Part shown: piece after piece, positions 26,098-37,212 of the stretch | Numbering within the stretch: the first letter of the stretch is position 1 | How the letters are laid out: every line of letters starts with the position of its first letter | Assembly (NCBI GenBank): GCA_040755455.1 | Contig: JBFMAY010000009.1 | Coordinates: forward strand, 56,959 to 97,053 | Length of the DNA stretch: 40,095 nucleotides | Direction of reading: 5' to 3' | Source: Thermodesulfobacteriota bacterium | GTDB lineage: Bacteria > Desulfobacterota > Desulfobulbia > Desulfobulbales > SURF-16 | Program-made: the position numbers and the translations under genes | Notes under the pieces: generated by a model | The model's database searches: none | What the model saw: only the letters and a program-made list of their open reading frames with translations | What the model was told of the DNA's origin: nothing

Positions 26098-27042
26098 TTC
26101 ATCCAGCAGATTGTCGACAAGCTGTCGAAGAGCGGCAAATGTCTCAGCCTGGTAGATTCTGCGGCGGGTCTCCGCCCCATGGCGCATGGCCTTGAAATAT
26201 TTACCGGCATGGTTACGGATCTTGCCCAGGGCCCACTGCGGCTGACAGAATTGCTCAATGAGCTCCAGGTGGCGCTTGAGGGCACTTAGGCGCAGCTGTG
26301 GCGTTTCCGGAGGATTATCCGGTGCAAATATCCATGGCCTGCCAAGACAGCCCCGGCCGATCATCACCCCGTCGCAGCCTGTTTGTTTCATCATGTTCAG
26401 CCCCTGTTCGTAGGAGTTGATGTCGCCGTTGCCGATCAGGGGAATGCTGATTCCAGCCTTGCTGTTCGCTATGACCTCCCAGTCAACCGTCCCAGAAAAA
26501 CCATCACTCCAGGTCCTTGCATGGATGGTCACGGCCGAGGCTCCCGACTCTTCGGCCATCCGGGCAAATTCCGGGGCATTAAGGCTCTGGTGGGTCCAGC
26601 CGGACCTGAATTTAACCGTGACCGGCTTGGTGGTGTTGGCGCATACCGCGCGGATAATCTTCGCTGCCAGGGCCGGGGATTTCATCAGAGCGGCTCCGGC
26701 GCCTTTTTTGGTGACCTTTTTTACCGGGCAGCCCATGTTGATGTCGATACAGTCAATCGGTTGTTGGGAAAGCATGGCCGCCGCTTTGCCCATGATCTCC
26801 GGTTCGCTGCCGAAGAGCTGCATGGCAATCGGTCTTTCCAGCGGGTGTGAGCGCGTCATATCCCATGTTTTCTGCTGGTCATAGAGCAGCCCATGGCAAC
26901 TGATCATTTCCGAAAAGACCAGGCCCGCGCCATACTCCCGGCAAAGAAGGCGGAAGGGCAGGTCGGTGTAACCGGCAAGTGGGGCCAAAATAAAGGGATT
27001 TTCAATGGTCAGACCTGCAATTTGCAGAGGCTTTATTTTCAT
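26044..27042 (-). CDS. dusB: tRNA-dihydrouridine synthase B
   Basis: LAPLAGYTDLPFR, QLFGS, IDINMGCP, GAGAALM, TIHART, GNGDI and GVMIGRG. Confidence 0.92.
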   Translation of the reverse strand: MKIKPLQIAGLTIENPFILAPLAGYTDLPFRLLCREYGAGLVFSEMISCHGLLYDQQKTWDMTRSHPLERPIAMQLFGSEPEIMGKAAAMLSQQPIDCIDINMGCPVKKVTKKGAGAALMKSPALAAKIIRAVCANTTKPVTVKFRSGWTHQSLNAPEFARMAEESGASAVTIHARTWSDGFSGTVDWEVIANSKAGISIPLIGNGDINSYEQGLNMMKQTGCDGVMIGRGCLGRPWIFAPDNPPETPQLRLSALKRHLELIEQFCQPQWALGKIRNHAGKYFKAMRHGAETRRRIYQAETFAALRQLVDNLLDELLAQQPEEQGKQQADNY

Positions 27043-27151
27043 GGATTTTCTACTGGAGACTTCGGCTGGAACGTAGTAATATGCCCAACCTGTTACAAAC
27101 AGTTAATCTTCAATTTTCAATAAACCAGTCAACTGATCAACTGGAGATGTC

Positions 27152-29098
27152 ATGACATTCAAATTAAACCCGAATAATGATCAACTGTCCACGGAAGAGT
27201 TGCAGCAGCTTGCCGAGATGAGAAAGCGGTGCGCCCGCCGCATCCTGCTGTCAACTTCCCTTGCCGCCTCCGGCCATCCGGGCGGGTCGCTCTCTTCCCT
27301 AGATTTGCTGCTCGTCACCTATGGCCTCATGAGCCATAAACCAAGCGAGCCCCTTTGGCAGGAGAGAGACCGGGTGGTCATGAGTATCGGCCATATTTCA
27401 CCCGGTGTTTACAGTGTTCTCTCCGAATATGGTTATTTTACGGAAGAGGAGTTCCTGACCGGTTTCCGGCGGGCCGGTTCCGGCTTTCCCGGCCATGTTG
27501 AAAAGATTGTGCCCGGGGTGGAATGGGATACCGGCAATCTCGGCCAGGGGTTGTCCACCGGGGTGGGCATGGCCATGGCCTTAAAGCTCAAAGAGTCAAG
27601 CCGTAAGGTCATTGTTTATATGGGGGACGGCGATCTGCAGAAAGGGCAGGCGGCCGAGGCGATGCGTTTTGCCCATAAATATAAACTGAACAACCTGATG
27701 GTGATCGTTGACCGCAACCATCTGCAGATATGCGGCAGTACGGAAGAGATCATGCCGAGTGACATCCGGGGGCTTTTTGCCTCCTCCGGCTGGAATGTTG
27801 ATATTCTTGACGACGGTCACGATTATAATAAAGTTTTCAAAAAATTGTCAGCTGTCTATAACGGCAGGTCTACGAACCCACAACATCCCACGGTGATCAT
27901 CGCCAACACCATCATGGGCAAGGGCATCTCCTTTATGGAGAATCTGGCCAAATATCATGGCTCTCCCTTGAAAATCGATCAGCTGGCCCAGGCCTTTGCC
28001 GAGCTTGGGGTGGAAAATGATTATGACCGGTGGGCGCAACTGCGCACCATGCCGGTTTCCACTGCAACACGGCTGGCCAACAAGGTCTGTTATCCAAACA
28101 TTGAGGCCGGCACAGCTGTTGTCTACGCGGCGGATAAAAAGACCGATTGCCGCTCCGCCTATGGTACGGCACTTTATGAACTGGCTAAGATCAACAATAT
28201 TCCGGGCAAGACACCAAAAATCGTTGGCATATCCTGTGATCTGGAAGGGTCGGTTAAAATGGGCGATTTCCGCAAGCATATGCCCGAAGCCTTCCTTGAA
28301 TGTGGCATTCAGGAGCATCATGCCGCCACCATGGCCGGGGCAATCAGCCGGGAGGAGATGGCCACCTTTTTCAGCACCTTTGGCGTGTTTGCCGTCTCAG
28401 AGGTCTATAACCAGAACAGGCTCAACGATATCAACCACACCAATGTCAAGGTGGTGGCCACCCATCTCGGCCTTGATGTCGGTGAAGACGGCCCGACCCA
28501 TCAGGGGATAGATTATATCGGTCTGATGCGCAATTATTTTAATTTCCAGGTGTTCATCCCGGCGGATCCCAACCAGACCGATTGCGTTATCCGGCACGTT
28601 GCCACCACCGCCGGTAATCATTTTGTCGGCATGGGCCGGTCCAAAATGGGCATGGTGCTGGCAGAGGATGGAACGCCATTTTTCGGCAGCGGCTACACCT
28701 TTACTCCCGGCAAGGGAGACTGGGTCCGGCGCGGCGCGGCAGGCACCATCATTTCCTACGGCGCGGTCAGTCCCAGCGTGATGGAGGCGTGGCGGCAACT
28801 GCAGGATGAAGGCATATCGGTGTCCGTTTTGCTGATGGCTTCCATTGTGCCCTTTGATAAACAGAGTGTCATCGAGGCAGTACACAACGGCGGCCCGCTT
28901 TTGACTGTTGAAGACCATCATGTCGACACAGGGGTGGGGGCTATTGTTGCCACCATTCTCGCTGATGAGGGACTGAGCTGCCGGTTCAAAAGGCTTGGGG
29001 TGAATCATTACGGTTCATCGGGCAAACCGGCTGATCTCTATGGGGAGCAGGGGCTTGATAGCCAGGGAATTGTTAAGGCCTTCAAGGGTCTCATGTAA
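27152..29098 (+). CDS. tkt: Transketolase (single chain)
   Basis: SGHPGGSLS, DRVVMSIGH, TGNLGQG, GDG TPP motif, GIQEH, GEDGPTHQ and TVEDH. GGAG SD. Confidence 0.9.
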   Translation: MTFKLNPNNDQLSTEELQQLAEMRKRCARRILLSTSLAASGHPGGSLSSLDLLLVTYGLMSHKPSEPLWQERDRVVMSIGHISPGVYSVLSEYGYFTEEEFLTGFRRAGSGFPGHVEKIVPGVEWDTGNLGQGLSTGVGMAMALKLKESSRKVIVYMGDGDLQKGQAAEAMRFAHKYKLNNLMVIVDRNHLQICGSTEEIMPSDIRGLFASSGWNVDILDDGHDYNKVFKKLSAVYNGRSTNPQHPTVIIANTIMGKGISFMENLAKYHGSPLKIDQLAQAFAELGVENDYDRWAQLRTMPVSTATRLANKVCYPNIEAGTAVVYAADKKTDCRSAYGTALYELAKINNIPGKTPKIVGISCDLEGSVKMGDFRKHMPEAFLECGIQEHHAATMAGAISREEMATFFSTFGVFAVSEVYNQNRLNDINHTNVKVVATHLGLDVGEDGPTHQGIDYIGLMRNYFNFQVFIPADPNQTDCVIRHVATTAGNHFVGMGRSKMGMVLAEDGTPFFGSGYTFTPGKGDWVRRGAAGTIISYGAVSPSVMEAWRQLQDEGISVSVLLMASIVPFDKQSVIEAVHNGGPLLTVEDHHVDTGVGAIVATILADEGLSCRFKRLGVNHYGSSGKPADLYGEQGLDSQGIVKAFKGLM

Positions 29099-29119
29099 AA
29101 GAGGCGTCGTGAATGCTGC

Positions 29120-29168
29120 AAAATAAGGGGTAAAGTCATGATGACATGGACTTTGCCCCTTATTTTTT
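29120..29168. terminator. Bidirectional terminator between tkt and lptE
   Basis: AAATAAGGGGTAAAGTC...GACTTTGCCCCTTATTT long stem plus a T-run. Confidence 0.75.
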
Positions 29169-29812
29169 TAATCATTCTCATTTGTTTTTTCGACCGGAAT
29201 ATCTGCCTTGCCGCCTTTTTTCGCTGAGAGTTTGTTATAAATATTAACATAGATGTTTTCCGCGATGTTATCGGCGATTTCCCGCAAGGCCTCCCGCTTG
29301 TTCATCTCCATGTCAGCCGCATCTCTCCCCACACTGTAGGACTCATGCCAGTCGGCATCACCCCTTTTGAGGATAATCTCACCAGTATCCCTTTTTTTGA
29401 GCTCAGCGCTGAAGGTCATTTCCGCCCTGAGTTCCACCGCCCGGTCAAATGTTCCGTAAGAGAGGCCGGGCAGATGGAGTGATTCGATAACGCCGCTGAG
29501 AATATAGTCAGCCTGTTCAGGGGTTCTGGCCATGGAAAAATGGGGGGATTTTTTCAGCCATCTGACCAGTGATTGTTTCATCTCGCTCTGCAAACCCAGT
29601 TCGCTGGTGTTGTTTCTCCACATATTCACATAGATGGAGTAAGTCCCTGGTTTATCCCCTGTTGTTTCGTTTTCGTCTGGCTGAACATAAGGGTTCGAAT
29701 AGCCACAGGCGGAAAGGGCTGCCAGCAGGACCAGCAGAAGGGAGAAGAAAAGTGACGTATTTTGCGATGCAACCAGTTTTGTTTTTCTCATTTTGTCTGC
29801 GACACTCGTCAT
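29168..29812 (-). CDS. lptE: LptE-family LPS assembly lipoprotein
   Basis: Lipobox LSACGY, ADYILSG.I and the conserved leuS-lptE synteny. Its ATG overlaps the leuS stop. Confidence 0.8.
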   Translation of the reverse strand: MTSVADKMRKTKLVASQNTSLFFSLLLVLLAALSACGYSNPYVQPDENETTGDKPGTYSIYVNMWRNNTSELGLQSEMKQSLVRWLKKSPHFSMARTPEQADYILSGVIESLHLPGLSYGTFDRAVELRAEMTFSAELKKRDTGEIILKRGDADWHESYSVGRDAADMEMNKREALREIADNIAENIYVNIYNKLSAKKGGKADIPVEKTNEND

Positions 29813-32295
29813 GATACGACAATATTTACCAGTTTGTTTTTGACCACAATAATTTTTCTGATTGTTTTCCCGTCAATAAATTTTTGCACCTTGTCATCAG
29901 CCAGGGTCTTCTCTTGCAGTGTCTCTTCATCGCAATCAGCCTCAACCTGCAATTTGCTGCGAACTTTACCATTAACCTGTACTACCAGCGTAATGCTGTC
30001 TTCCTTGGCCGCCTCGTCGTCAAATTCAGGCCAGGGAGTGTGGGACAGGTCAGTATCATGCCCCAGTCGTTGCCAGAGTTCTTCGCAAAAATGGGGCACC
30101 ATAGGGGATAAAAGCAGGATAATTGCCTCAACAGATTCTTTAATCACCTCGTCCTGGGGTTTTTCCGCGGCATTCTCGCCGGTGAGATTATACAGGGTAT
30201 TGGTCAGTTCCATGACGGCGCTGATGGCCGTGTTGAAACGGAATTTGCCGTTGATGTCATTGCCCACCTTGCGGATAGTCTGATGGGTCTTGCGGTGCAG
30301 TTCGCGGCTGGTGTTGCTCAGATCGACCGTGATAACGCTTTTTGCAGTTTTCAGCATTCCCATGTTGTCGTGCACAAAACGGTAAACCCTGTTTAAAAAG
30401 CGGTAGGCCCCTTCAACTCCCTGGTCACTCCATTCCAGATCTCTTTCAGGAGGAGCGGCAAAAAGGCTGAAGAGCCTTACCGTGTCTGCCCCGTATTTTT
30501 TGATAAGCACGTCCGGATCGACAACATTGCCTTTGGATTTGGACATTTTGCTGCCGTCTTTGATCACCATACCCTGGGTCAGCAGGTTGGTGAACGGTTC
30601 GTCGACGGACAGGTAGCCGAGATCCCGCATGATCTTGGTAAAGAAGCGGGCATAAAGGAGATGCAGAATGGCATGTTCAACGCCGCCGATATATTGATCC
30701 ACCGGCAGCCAGTGATCCACCGCCTTTTTATCCAGAGGACCATCAGTGAAGTCCGGACAGGTATAGCGGGCATAGTACCATGACGACTCAACAAAGGTAT
30801 CCATGGTGTCTGTTTCTCGTCGGCCGGCCCCGCCGCATTTGGGGCAGGTTGTCCGATAAAAACTTTCCAGATCATGCAGAGGGGATTTCCCTGATTTTTC
30901 AATGGTCACATCCGGGGGGAGGGTGACGGGGAGGTCTTTTTCGGCAACAGGCTGCACCCCGCATTGCTCACAGTAGATAATCGGAATCGGGGCTCCCCAG
31001 TATCGCTGTCTGGAAATGCCCCAGTCGCGCAGCCGGTAGGTCGTCTGCTCTTTGCCGAACCCATGGTCAGCGGCAAACCCGGTAATGTGAATTTTTGCTT
31101 CATCGGATGGGAGACCGCTGAACTGGCCGGAATCCACCAGGGTTCCCGGGCCCTCATGGGCGGCGGTCATGGAAGAACCGTGCAGCGTTTCTCCGGCAGG
31201 CTGGATAACAACCTTAATCGGCAGATCATATTGCCTGGCAAACTCGAAATCCCTCTGGTCATGGGCCGGAACGGCCATGACCGCTCCGGTGCCGTATTCC
31301 GCCAGGACGAAATTAGCCGCATAAACGGGCAGCCTCTCCCCGGTAAAGGGATTGACGGCATAAAGCCCGGTGAAAATACCCTCCTTGACAAGCTCATCCT
31401 CGGGATTCTGGCGCTGTCTGGCAATGCGTGTTTTTTCGGCAAAAGCAGCCAGCTCTGCCTCACGTCCCGTTCCTGCACAGAGTTCCTGGATATACTTATG
31501 ATCAGGGGCGATTGACATAAAGCTCGCCCCGAAAATCGTGTCAGGTCGGGTGGTGAAAATGGTCATCTTTTTAGCTGAGCCGTCTATGGCAAAATCAATC
31601 TCGGCGCCAGTGCTTTTGCCAATCCAGTTGCGCTGCATGGTGAGCACTTTCTCAGGCCAGCCTTGCAGTTCATCACAGCCGGCGAGCAGCTCCTCGGTAT
31701 AAGCGGTGATTTTGAAAAACCAGCCGTTCATCTCCCTGGGCATGACGCTTTCATCGCACCGCCAGCAGCAGCCATCGATGACCTGTTCGTTGGCCAGCAC
31801 GGTTTGACAGGTTTCACACCAGTTGACTGTGGTTACTTTCGGATAGACCAGGCCCTTTTCATAGAGTTTGATAAAGAACAGCTGTTCCCACCGATAATAC
31901 TCCGGTTTACAGGTGGCGATCTCACGGTCCCAATCGTAACTGAGTCCCATGCCCTGCAGCTGTTTTTTCATGTAATCGATATTTTCATAGGTCCATTTCG
32001 CCGGATGGGTGTTGTGCTTGATGGCGGCATTTTCCGCCGGAAGACCAAAGGCGTCCCAGCCCATGGGGTGCAGCACATTATAGCCCTGCATCCTTTTAAA
32101 ACGGGCGACAACATCACCTATCGAGTAATTGCGCACATGACCCATGTGGATCCGGCCCGAGGGATAGGGAAACATCTCCAGCAGGTAGTATTTTTCAGCA
32201 TCAGAGTCCGGGGCGACCTTGAAGGTTTTTTCCTGGCGCCATTTGTTCTGCCATTTCTTTTCGATGGCCGCAAAATCATAGATATCTGTATTCAT
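29809..32295 (-). CDS. leuS: Leucyl-tRNA synthetase
   Basis: [51 protein letters not shown] and VQVNGK. Confidence 0.97.
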   Translation of the reverse strand: MNTDIYDFAAIEKKWQNKWRQEKTFKVAPDSDAEKYYLLEMFPYPSGRIHMGHVRNYSIGDVVARFKRMQGYNVLHPMGWDAFGLPAENAAIKHNTHPAKWTYENIDYMKKQLQGMGLSYDWDREIATCKPEYYRWEQLFFIKLYEKGLVYPKVTTVNWCETCQTVLANEQVIDGCCWRCDESVMPREMNGWFFKITAYTEELLAGCDELQGWPEKVLTMQRNWIGKSTGAEIDFAIDGSAKKMTIFTTRPDTIFGASFMSIAPDHKYIQELCAGTGREAELAAFAEKTRIARQRQNPEDELVKEGIFTGLYAVNPFTGERLPVYAANFVLAEYGTGAVMAVPAHDQRDFEFARQYDLPIKVVIQPAGETLHGSSMTAAHEGPGTLVDSGQFSGLPSDEAKIHITGFAADHGFGKEQTTYRLRDWGISRQRYWGAPIPIIYCEQCGVQPVAEKDLPVTLPPDVTIEKSGKSPLHDLESFYRTTCPKCGGAGRRETDTMDTFVESSWYYARYTCPDFTDGPLDKKAVDHWLPVDQYIGGVEHAILHLLYARFFTKIMRDLGYLSVDEPFTNLLTQGMVIKDGSKMSKSKGNVVDPDVLIKKYGADTVRLFSLFAAPPERDLEWSDQGVEGAYRFLNRVYRFVHDNMGMLKTAKSVITVDLSNTSRELHRKTHQTIRKVGNDINGKFRFNTAISAVMELTNTLYNLTGENAAEKPQDEVIKESVEAIILLLSPMVPHFCEELWQRLGHDTDLSHTPWPEFDDEAAKEDSITLVVQVNGKVRSKLQVEADCDEETLQEKTLADDKVQKFIDGKTIRKIIVVKNKLVNIVVS

Positions 32296-32330
32296 ATTTC
32301 GTCTGGATGATGTTGTTTGATCGTCATAAA

Positions 32331-33692
32331 TCAGTTTTCATATCCCGGCATCATTGGCGCCAGATTTTCAAAACTTGTATATTTTCCAAGGAAAGCGAGT
32401 TCAACGGTTCCTGTCGGCCCGTTCCTCTGCTTGCCGATGATCAGCTCGGCAATGCCACGTTTGGGGTTGTCTTCAGCCTTGTTGTATACCTCGTCCCGGT
32501 ATATGAAACAGATCACATCCGCATCCTGTTCTATGGCGCCTGACTCGCGCAGATCGGAGAGCTGTGGACGTTTATTGGGTCTGCTTTCAAGACTTCGGTT
32601 CAGCTGGGAAAGGGCGACAACCGGAATATCAAGTTCCTTGGCCATGGCTTTCAGTGATCTGGAGATATCGCTTATCTCCTGCTCCCTGCTTTCGGAGCGG
32701 CCGCGCATGAGCTGCAGGTAGTCAACAACAATAAGGCCGATGTCGTTTTCGGCTTTCAATCGTCGTGACTTGGCCCTCATTTCGAGCACGGAAAGGGAAG
32801 GGGTGTCATCAATAAAAATTTTGGCCTGGGACAGTTCGCCGGCCGCCCTGGTCAATTTAGGCCAGTCATTATCTTTGATGAAACCGGTCCGTAAATCATT
32901 GGAATCGACCTTGCTGAGGGAGCAGAGAAGTCTGAGGCCAAGCTGAGCCTTGGACATTTCCAGGCTGAATACGCCGACAGCTGTTCCGTGATGCAGGGCG
33001 GTATTCTGAACAATGTTCATGGCCAGGGCTGTTTTTCCCATGCTTGGCCGTCCTGCCAGAATAATGAGATCAGCGGATTGTAATCCGGCGGTCATCTTAT
33101 CAAACTGATCAAAGCCGGTCGGCACGCCGGTGATTAGTTCCTTGCGTTCGGCAAGGGCGGTCACCCGTTCAAAGGCCCTGGTAATGATTTTGTTTAACGG
33201 CTCAAAGTTCTCTCCGCTTTTGTCCCGGGCAATATCAAATACAGTCTGCTCAACCTCGTCAAGAAGCTTTTCGATGTCATTCTGTTCTTCATAGCAGCGC
33301 GAGGCGATATCCGTGGTGGTCGCGATAAGTTTTCGCAGAACCGATTTTTCACGGACAATTTTTGCATAATAAACAATATTAGATGCCAATGGCACAAGGT
33401 CAGTCAAGGAGGCGAGGTAGGCAGGCCCGCCCGCATCGGCAAGGGTGTTCGCGCTTTTCAGGTGGTTGGTGACGGTAATGAGATCCTGTGGCTCGTTTTT
33501 TTCAAAGAGAGCCAGCATGGCGTTAAAAATTAACTTGTTGGCCTGAAAATAGAAATCATCCGGCTGAAGAATATCGATTGTTTTCGGCAGAATTCCCTGC
33601 TGCTGAAGGATAGCCCCTAATACACACTGTTCGGCATCCTTGTTGTGAGGGGGAATACGGTGAACTGGTGTGAAAGATTCTTGCGGTATCAT
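32331..33692 (-). CDS. dnaB: Replicative DNA helicase
   Basis: [34 protein letters not shown] and [14 protein letters not shown]. Start probably ATG 33692. No intein. Confidence 0.96.
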   Translation of the reverse strand: MIPQESFTPVHRIPPHNKDAEQCVLGAILQQQGILPKTIDILQPDDFYFQANKLIFNAMLALFEKNEPQDLITVTNHLKSANTLADAGGPAYLASLTDLVPLASNIVYYAKIVREKSVLRKLIATTTDIASRCYEEQNDIEKLLDEVEQTVFDIARDKSGENFEPLNKIITRAFERVTALAERKELITGVPTGFDQFDKMTAGLQSADLIILAGRPSMGKTALAMNIVQNTALHHGTAVGVFSLEMSKAQLGLRLLCSLSKVDSNDLRTGFIKDNDWPKLTRAAGELSQAKIFIDDTPSLSVLEMRAKSRRLKAENDIGLIVVDYLQLMRGRSESREQEISDISRSLKAMAKELDIPVVALSQLNRSLESRPNKRPQLSDLRESGAIEQDADVICFIYRDEVYNKAEDNPKRGIAELIIGKQRNGPTGTVELAFLGKYTSFENLAPMMPGYEN

Positions 33693-33785
33693 CTTGTCGC
33701 AGTTTGATCCGTTTACTACAGGAAAAAAATTGAGATTAAATGAAAAAATGGAAGGAGACTTTTGCGTACAAGAACAATCTGACAA

Positions 33786-33816
33786 CCGGAAAACCCGGGT
33801 AAACCGGATTTTCCGG
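33786..33816 (-). terminator. Hairpin after rplI (weak terminator or RNA-stability element)
   Basis: CCGGAAAA-C-CCGG-GTAAA-CCGG-A-TTTTCCGG, with only a short U tract. Confidence 0.45.
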
Positions 33817-33829
33817 GGGAACTATGCGA

Positions 33830-34285
33830 TTATTCCGCGCTGACTAAAGGTACAATCTCAACTTTGATTTCACAAGTCATCTGGTACCCTGTCTTGCAAG
33901 GGACCATGGTGATACCCAGGGTCTTAATCGGTTCGTCGAGCATGATTTTCCGCTTGTCGATGGAAATTCCCATGGTGGAAAGCTTATCGGCAATATCGGC
34001 AGAGGTAACCGAGCCGTACAGTTTATCTTCTTCGCCGACACGTTGTTCAATAACAACTGTGACGCCTGCGATTTTTTGGGAAAGTGCTTCAGCAGCCTGG
34101 CGCTCCTTTTCCTTGCGACTGGCTATGGAGCTCATTTCCTGTTCAAGAATTGCCAGGTTGGCTTTGGTGGCAAGGACAGCCTTGCCGCGAGGCATCAGAT
34201 AGTTACGTCCGTAACCAGGTTTAACTTTAACAATATCACCTTCCTCGCCTAAGGTATCAATAGTTTTCTTCAGTATTAATTCCAT
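33830..34285 (-). CDS. rplI: 50S ribosomal protein L9
   Basis: LG.EGDIVKVKPGYGRNYL.P, KLYGSVT and PIKTLG. Confidence 0.97.
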   Translation of the reverse strand: MELILKKTIDTLGEEGDIVKVKPGYGRNYLMPRGKAVLATKANLAILEQEMSSIASRKEKERQAAEALSQKIAGVTVVIEQRVGEEDKLYGSVTSADIADKLSTMGISIDKRKIMLDEPIKTLGITMVPCKTGYQMTCEIKVEIVPLVSAE

Positions 34286-34332
34286 TTCTCTACCTTTCTT
34301 TTTAGATGGAACGCATCAGTCGAAAAAACCCT

Positions 34333-35277
34333 TCAGGTTGTTTCGTTATGCGATTTTCGTAAATCAAACCACACATCAATCAGGCCGGCAATAGATAGAA
34401 AAATAATGCCATAGGCCTGGATAAGTATTAAAGCATAAACAAAAAATCTGAATGCCCACGGGACATTCCATTTGTTGAACAAACATGTCAGCACCGCGAG
34501 TCCCTGAAAAAAATAGACAACACCGATGACCAGCACACAGTTTAAACTGATTTTGTTCAATAAAGGTAATGGCAGCATCAGACCGAGACCTGAGGCAATG
34601 ACAAGCCAGACAAATTGATCGGGCAGTCGCCATTGACCGTAGGGTTGCCAGGGACTGAGTTGGGCATCCTTTTTTTTCAAGAGCAGGTCTCCCAGCAAGA
34701 GATTGATCCAGACAGTTATGAGTATGGTGATCAATAAAATTGCCGGGAATATTTCCGGAATAATAGTTCGTATCCGTGTAAAAGCAAGCTCAATCTGCGC
34801 CAGAGTGTCCGGGGCGATGTCTGTTGACTGCTGATACATGGCAAATGTTGCAGCCAGTGATGCATCAATCGTCTCAATAATCTGCCTGTAGGGATGAGCC
34901 TGCTCAGCTATCCCGTATAGGATCGCGCCTATGACCCAGAATGATGTTAATGCAATTGTGCCGGTCATGCCGGCTCGGAGAACCGAGTGTTTGTTTCGAA
35001 CAGCCCTTGCCAGAATATAAGCCAAGGGCAGAAAGAATACTGAAAAAAAGAAGGCCTGCAGGGTGCCGAGAACAAGAGCGCCCAGCCCAGCTGCAAGGAT
35101 TGCTTTGATCAGTAGTGAACTTCCACGAGATTCTCCGCTCGTTACGAGTATATAAAACGCCGGGAGAGGAACAAATATTCTCATCCAGCTCAACTCCCCT
35201 GTAATTGCTGGGACTAACAGGAAGGCGGTTAACAGTATTCCTTTCAGCAATTCTTCAGGGGGAGTTTTTCCTGCCAT
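34333..35277 (-). CDS. YybS / DUF2232 family membrane protein
   Basis: Polytopic hydrophobic protein with WRLP, YFFQGLAV and GLIDVWFDLRK, located between rpsR and rplI. Confidence 0.88.
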   Translation of the reverse strand: MAGKTPPEELLKGILLTAFLLVPAITGELSWMRIFVPLPAFYILVTSGESRGSSLLIKAILAAGLGALVLGTLQAFFFSVFFLPLAYILARAVRNKHSVLRAGMTGTIALTSFWVIGAILYGIAEQAHPYRQIIETIDASLAATFAMYQQSTDIAPDTLAQIELAFTRIRTIIPEIFPAILLITILITVWINLLLGDLLLKKKDAQLSPWQPYGQWRLPDQFVWLVIASGLGLMLPLPLLNKISLNCVLVIGVVYFFQGLAVLTCLFNKWNVPWAFRFFVYALILIQAYGIIFLSIAGLIDVWFDLRKSHNETT

Positions 35278-35282
35278 AAAAA

Positions 35283-35516
35283 TTATATTTGCGAGCCAGT
35301 GTAGGGCAACAGAGCAATATGCCGGGCACGTTTTATCGCTTCAGTAAGTTCCCGCTGATGTTTGGCGCAGTTGCCGTAGATGCGGCGGGGTATAATTTTC
35401 CCTCTTTCAGTCAGAAAGTTTCGCAGTGCCTTTACGTCCTTATAATCAATGACAAGTTCTTTATCCGCACAAAAGCGGCAGACTTTACGACGATGAAATA
35501 TTCTTTTTTTTCTCAT
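35283..35516 (-). CDS. rpsR: 30S ribosomal protein S18 (Zn-binding C+ form)
   Basis: [29 protein letters not shown] and IKRAR..ALLPY. Confidence 0.97.
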   Translation of the reverse strand: MRKKRIFHRRKVCRFCADKELVIDYKDVKALRNFLTERGKIIPRRIYGNCAKHQRELTEAIKRARHIALLPYTGSQI

Positions 35517-35536
35517 AATTGCCTCTCCTGTGCAGT

Positions 35537-35905
35537 TTATTCTTCTTCGTCAAGATCGTTTTCAAGATCAAGTGATTTAGCGGAAATGGAGCTTTTTACT
35601 GGTGTATTCGGATCGTAAACTTCCTGCAGTTTGACGGTCATGAATTTCAGCACATGGTCATCGATCTTGAAAATACGTTCCATTTCACTGACAGCCGAAG
35701 GAACAGCAGCGAATTCCGTATAGACATAATACCCCTGTTGCTGTTTTTTGATCGGATAGGCGAGTTTTTTCAGACCCCAGTTATCTACATTAATAATGGT
35801 TCCACCATCGCCTTCGATGATGCCGGCAGTCTTTTGACTGATTGCCTTGATTTCATCCTCCCCGACATTGGGGCTGATGATTGATATGGTTTCATATCTG
35901 CGCAT
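35537..35905 (-). CDS. rpsF: 30S ribosomal protein S6
   Basis: [17 protein letters not shown] and GYY, with an AAGGAGG SD. Confidence 0.97.
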   Translation of the reverse strand: MRRYETISIISPNVGEDEIKAISQKTAGIIEGDGGTIINVDNWGLKKLAYPIKKQQQGYYVYTEFAAVPSAVSEMERIFKIDDHVLKFMTVKLQEVYDPNTPVKSSISAKSLDLENDLDEEE

Positions 35906-35908
35906 TTG

Positions 35909-35973
35909 GTCCTCCTTGTGGACATTAATGGCCCTCTTCCGTTGCCTCAGTCAGAGAGCAAGAAAGGACAGTG
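35909..35973 (-). ncRNA. S6:S18 ribosomal protein leader (autoregulatory cis-element)
   Basis: Minus strand CACTGTCCTTTCTTGCTCTC...GAGGGCCATTAATGTCCACAAGGAGG. The 5' UCCUU can pair with the AAGGA SD, with an inner GCUCUC/GAGGGC stem followed by CC, as in known rpsF leaders. Confidence 0.65.
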
Positions 35974-36150
35974 AAAAATGCCTGTTTCCCCATGAAACGA
36001 GCATAAATAAGTCGATTTTTTTAACATGCTCCGTATGACGATGTCAAATGAAAATTGGTCATGGCGCGTTTCCGGACGAAAAACACTGATGAGATCCTGC
36101 TGTTTTTCAGTCAGTTCGTGGCGGTGAGGATTGTGAATTGTCAGAAAAGG

Positions 36151-36942
36151 CTAATATTCTTTTGTCTTTGCCCAGAAATCGAGTTGTGATTTGCTGTCCA
36201 GTTCGCCGATGGAAAGGTTTTCGGCAGATAGTAATTCCTCCATCCGCTTGAAACGGCTTATAAACTTGTTTGTTGCTCGATGCAGGCACTCCTCGCTGTT
36301 GATTTCACATTTTCTTCCTAAATTAATGAGCAGGAAAAGCAGATCCCCCAAGCTTTTTTCGATTTTTTCCTTATTGTCTTCCAGGGCATCGGCGGTCAGA
36401 GTATTAAATTCTTCGAACAACTTTTCAAGTAATGATTGCATGTCAGGCCAGTCAAAGCCGGTTCGGGCTGCGCGGCTGGCTACCTTCTGACCTCTGATCA
36501 GTGCCGGCAGTGATTTCGGCACATCAAGCTCGTACGCCTTGTTTTTTTTCTTGGCGTTTTCCTTTTCCTTTACTTTGGCCCAATTCTTTCGCATTTCATC
36601 ATATGATTTAAAAGTTTTCCCCTCAAAGACATGAGGATGGCGGCGAATCATTTTATCTATTATTGACTGAAGGACATCTTCAATTGAAAAAATGTCCTTT
36701 TCTTCATAAAGCTGATTGATGAATCCCAGTTGAAAAAAAAGATCCCCCAGTTCTTCGCGTATCTGGTTCGGGTCATCATTTTCCAGAGCTTCGCTGAGTT
36801 CATGAGTTTCCTCTATGAGATATGGTTTGAATGTCTGCACAGTCTGTTTTTGGTCCCATGGGCAGCCTTCTGGACTGCGAAGGCGCGCGATAATCTCCAG
36901 AAGTTCACAAAATTTCTTGCCGGTTTCGTCTGGGTTGGTCAT
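36151..36942 (-). CDS. mazG: Nucleoside triphosphate pyrophosphohydrolase MazG (tandem domain)
   Basis: LR...GCPWD..QT, EETHE, EELGD, KMIRRHPHVF, PAL and GFDW. Start ATG 36942 or GTG 37011. Confidence 0.93.
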   Translation of the reverse strand: MTNPDETGKKFCELLEIIARLRSPEGCPWDQKQTVQTFKPYLIEETHELSEALENDDPNQIREELGDLFFQLGFINQLYEEKDIFSIEDVLQSIIDKMIRRHPHVFEGKTFKSYDEMRKNWAKVKEKENAKKKNKAYELDVPKSLPALIRGQKVASRAARTGFDWPDMQSLLEKLFEEFNTLTADALEDNKEKIEKSLGDLLFLLINLGRKCEINSEECLHRATNKFISRFKRMEELLSAENLSIGELDSKSQLDFWAKTKEY

Positions 36943-37212
36943 GTCGTTGTCTGGGTTGCTCCTTAACTTGCGGTAATGGCTTTTTGTTTTTTTAGTGTTA
37001 ATTTTAGCCACATAGATTAATAAATACTATTGAAATATATAGTAAATTGGAGTTATTGGTACGATAAGCTCAATTTAATTCCCCATCATCAAAATTTTTT
37101 TTTTAATTGCCTGACAATTTTCTTGAAAAATAAATTCAGTAGGTATATATACGTATTAGATGCTTGTAAATATCACAAGTTTTATCCTACAATCCGGCAA
37201 AGAGGTAAAAAA

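Noticed and set aside
27620..27650. Transketolase TPP motif GDGDLQKG lacking the usual second Glu
   Set aside because: All other catalytic motifs are intact, and I recall Lys here in related transketolases, so it is likely a subfamily trait.
4976..32310. Many 100-215 aa ORFs antisense to or overlapping cysS, prs, dusB, tkt, leuS, the barrel gene and others
   Set aside because: They are shadow ORFs of well-supported genes, with no recognisable motifs or SD sites.
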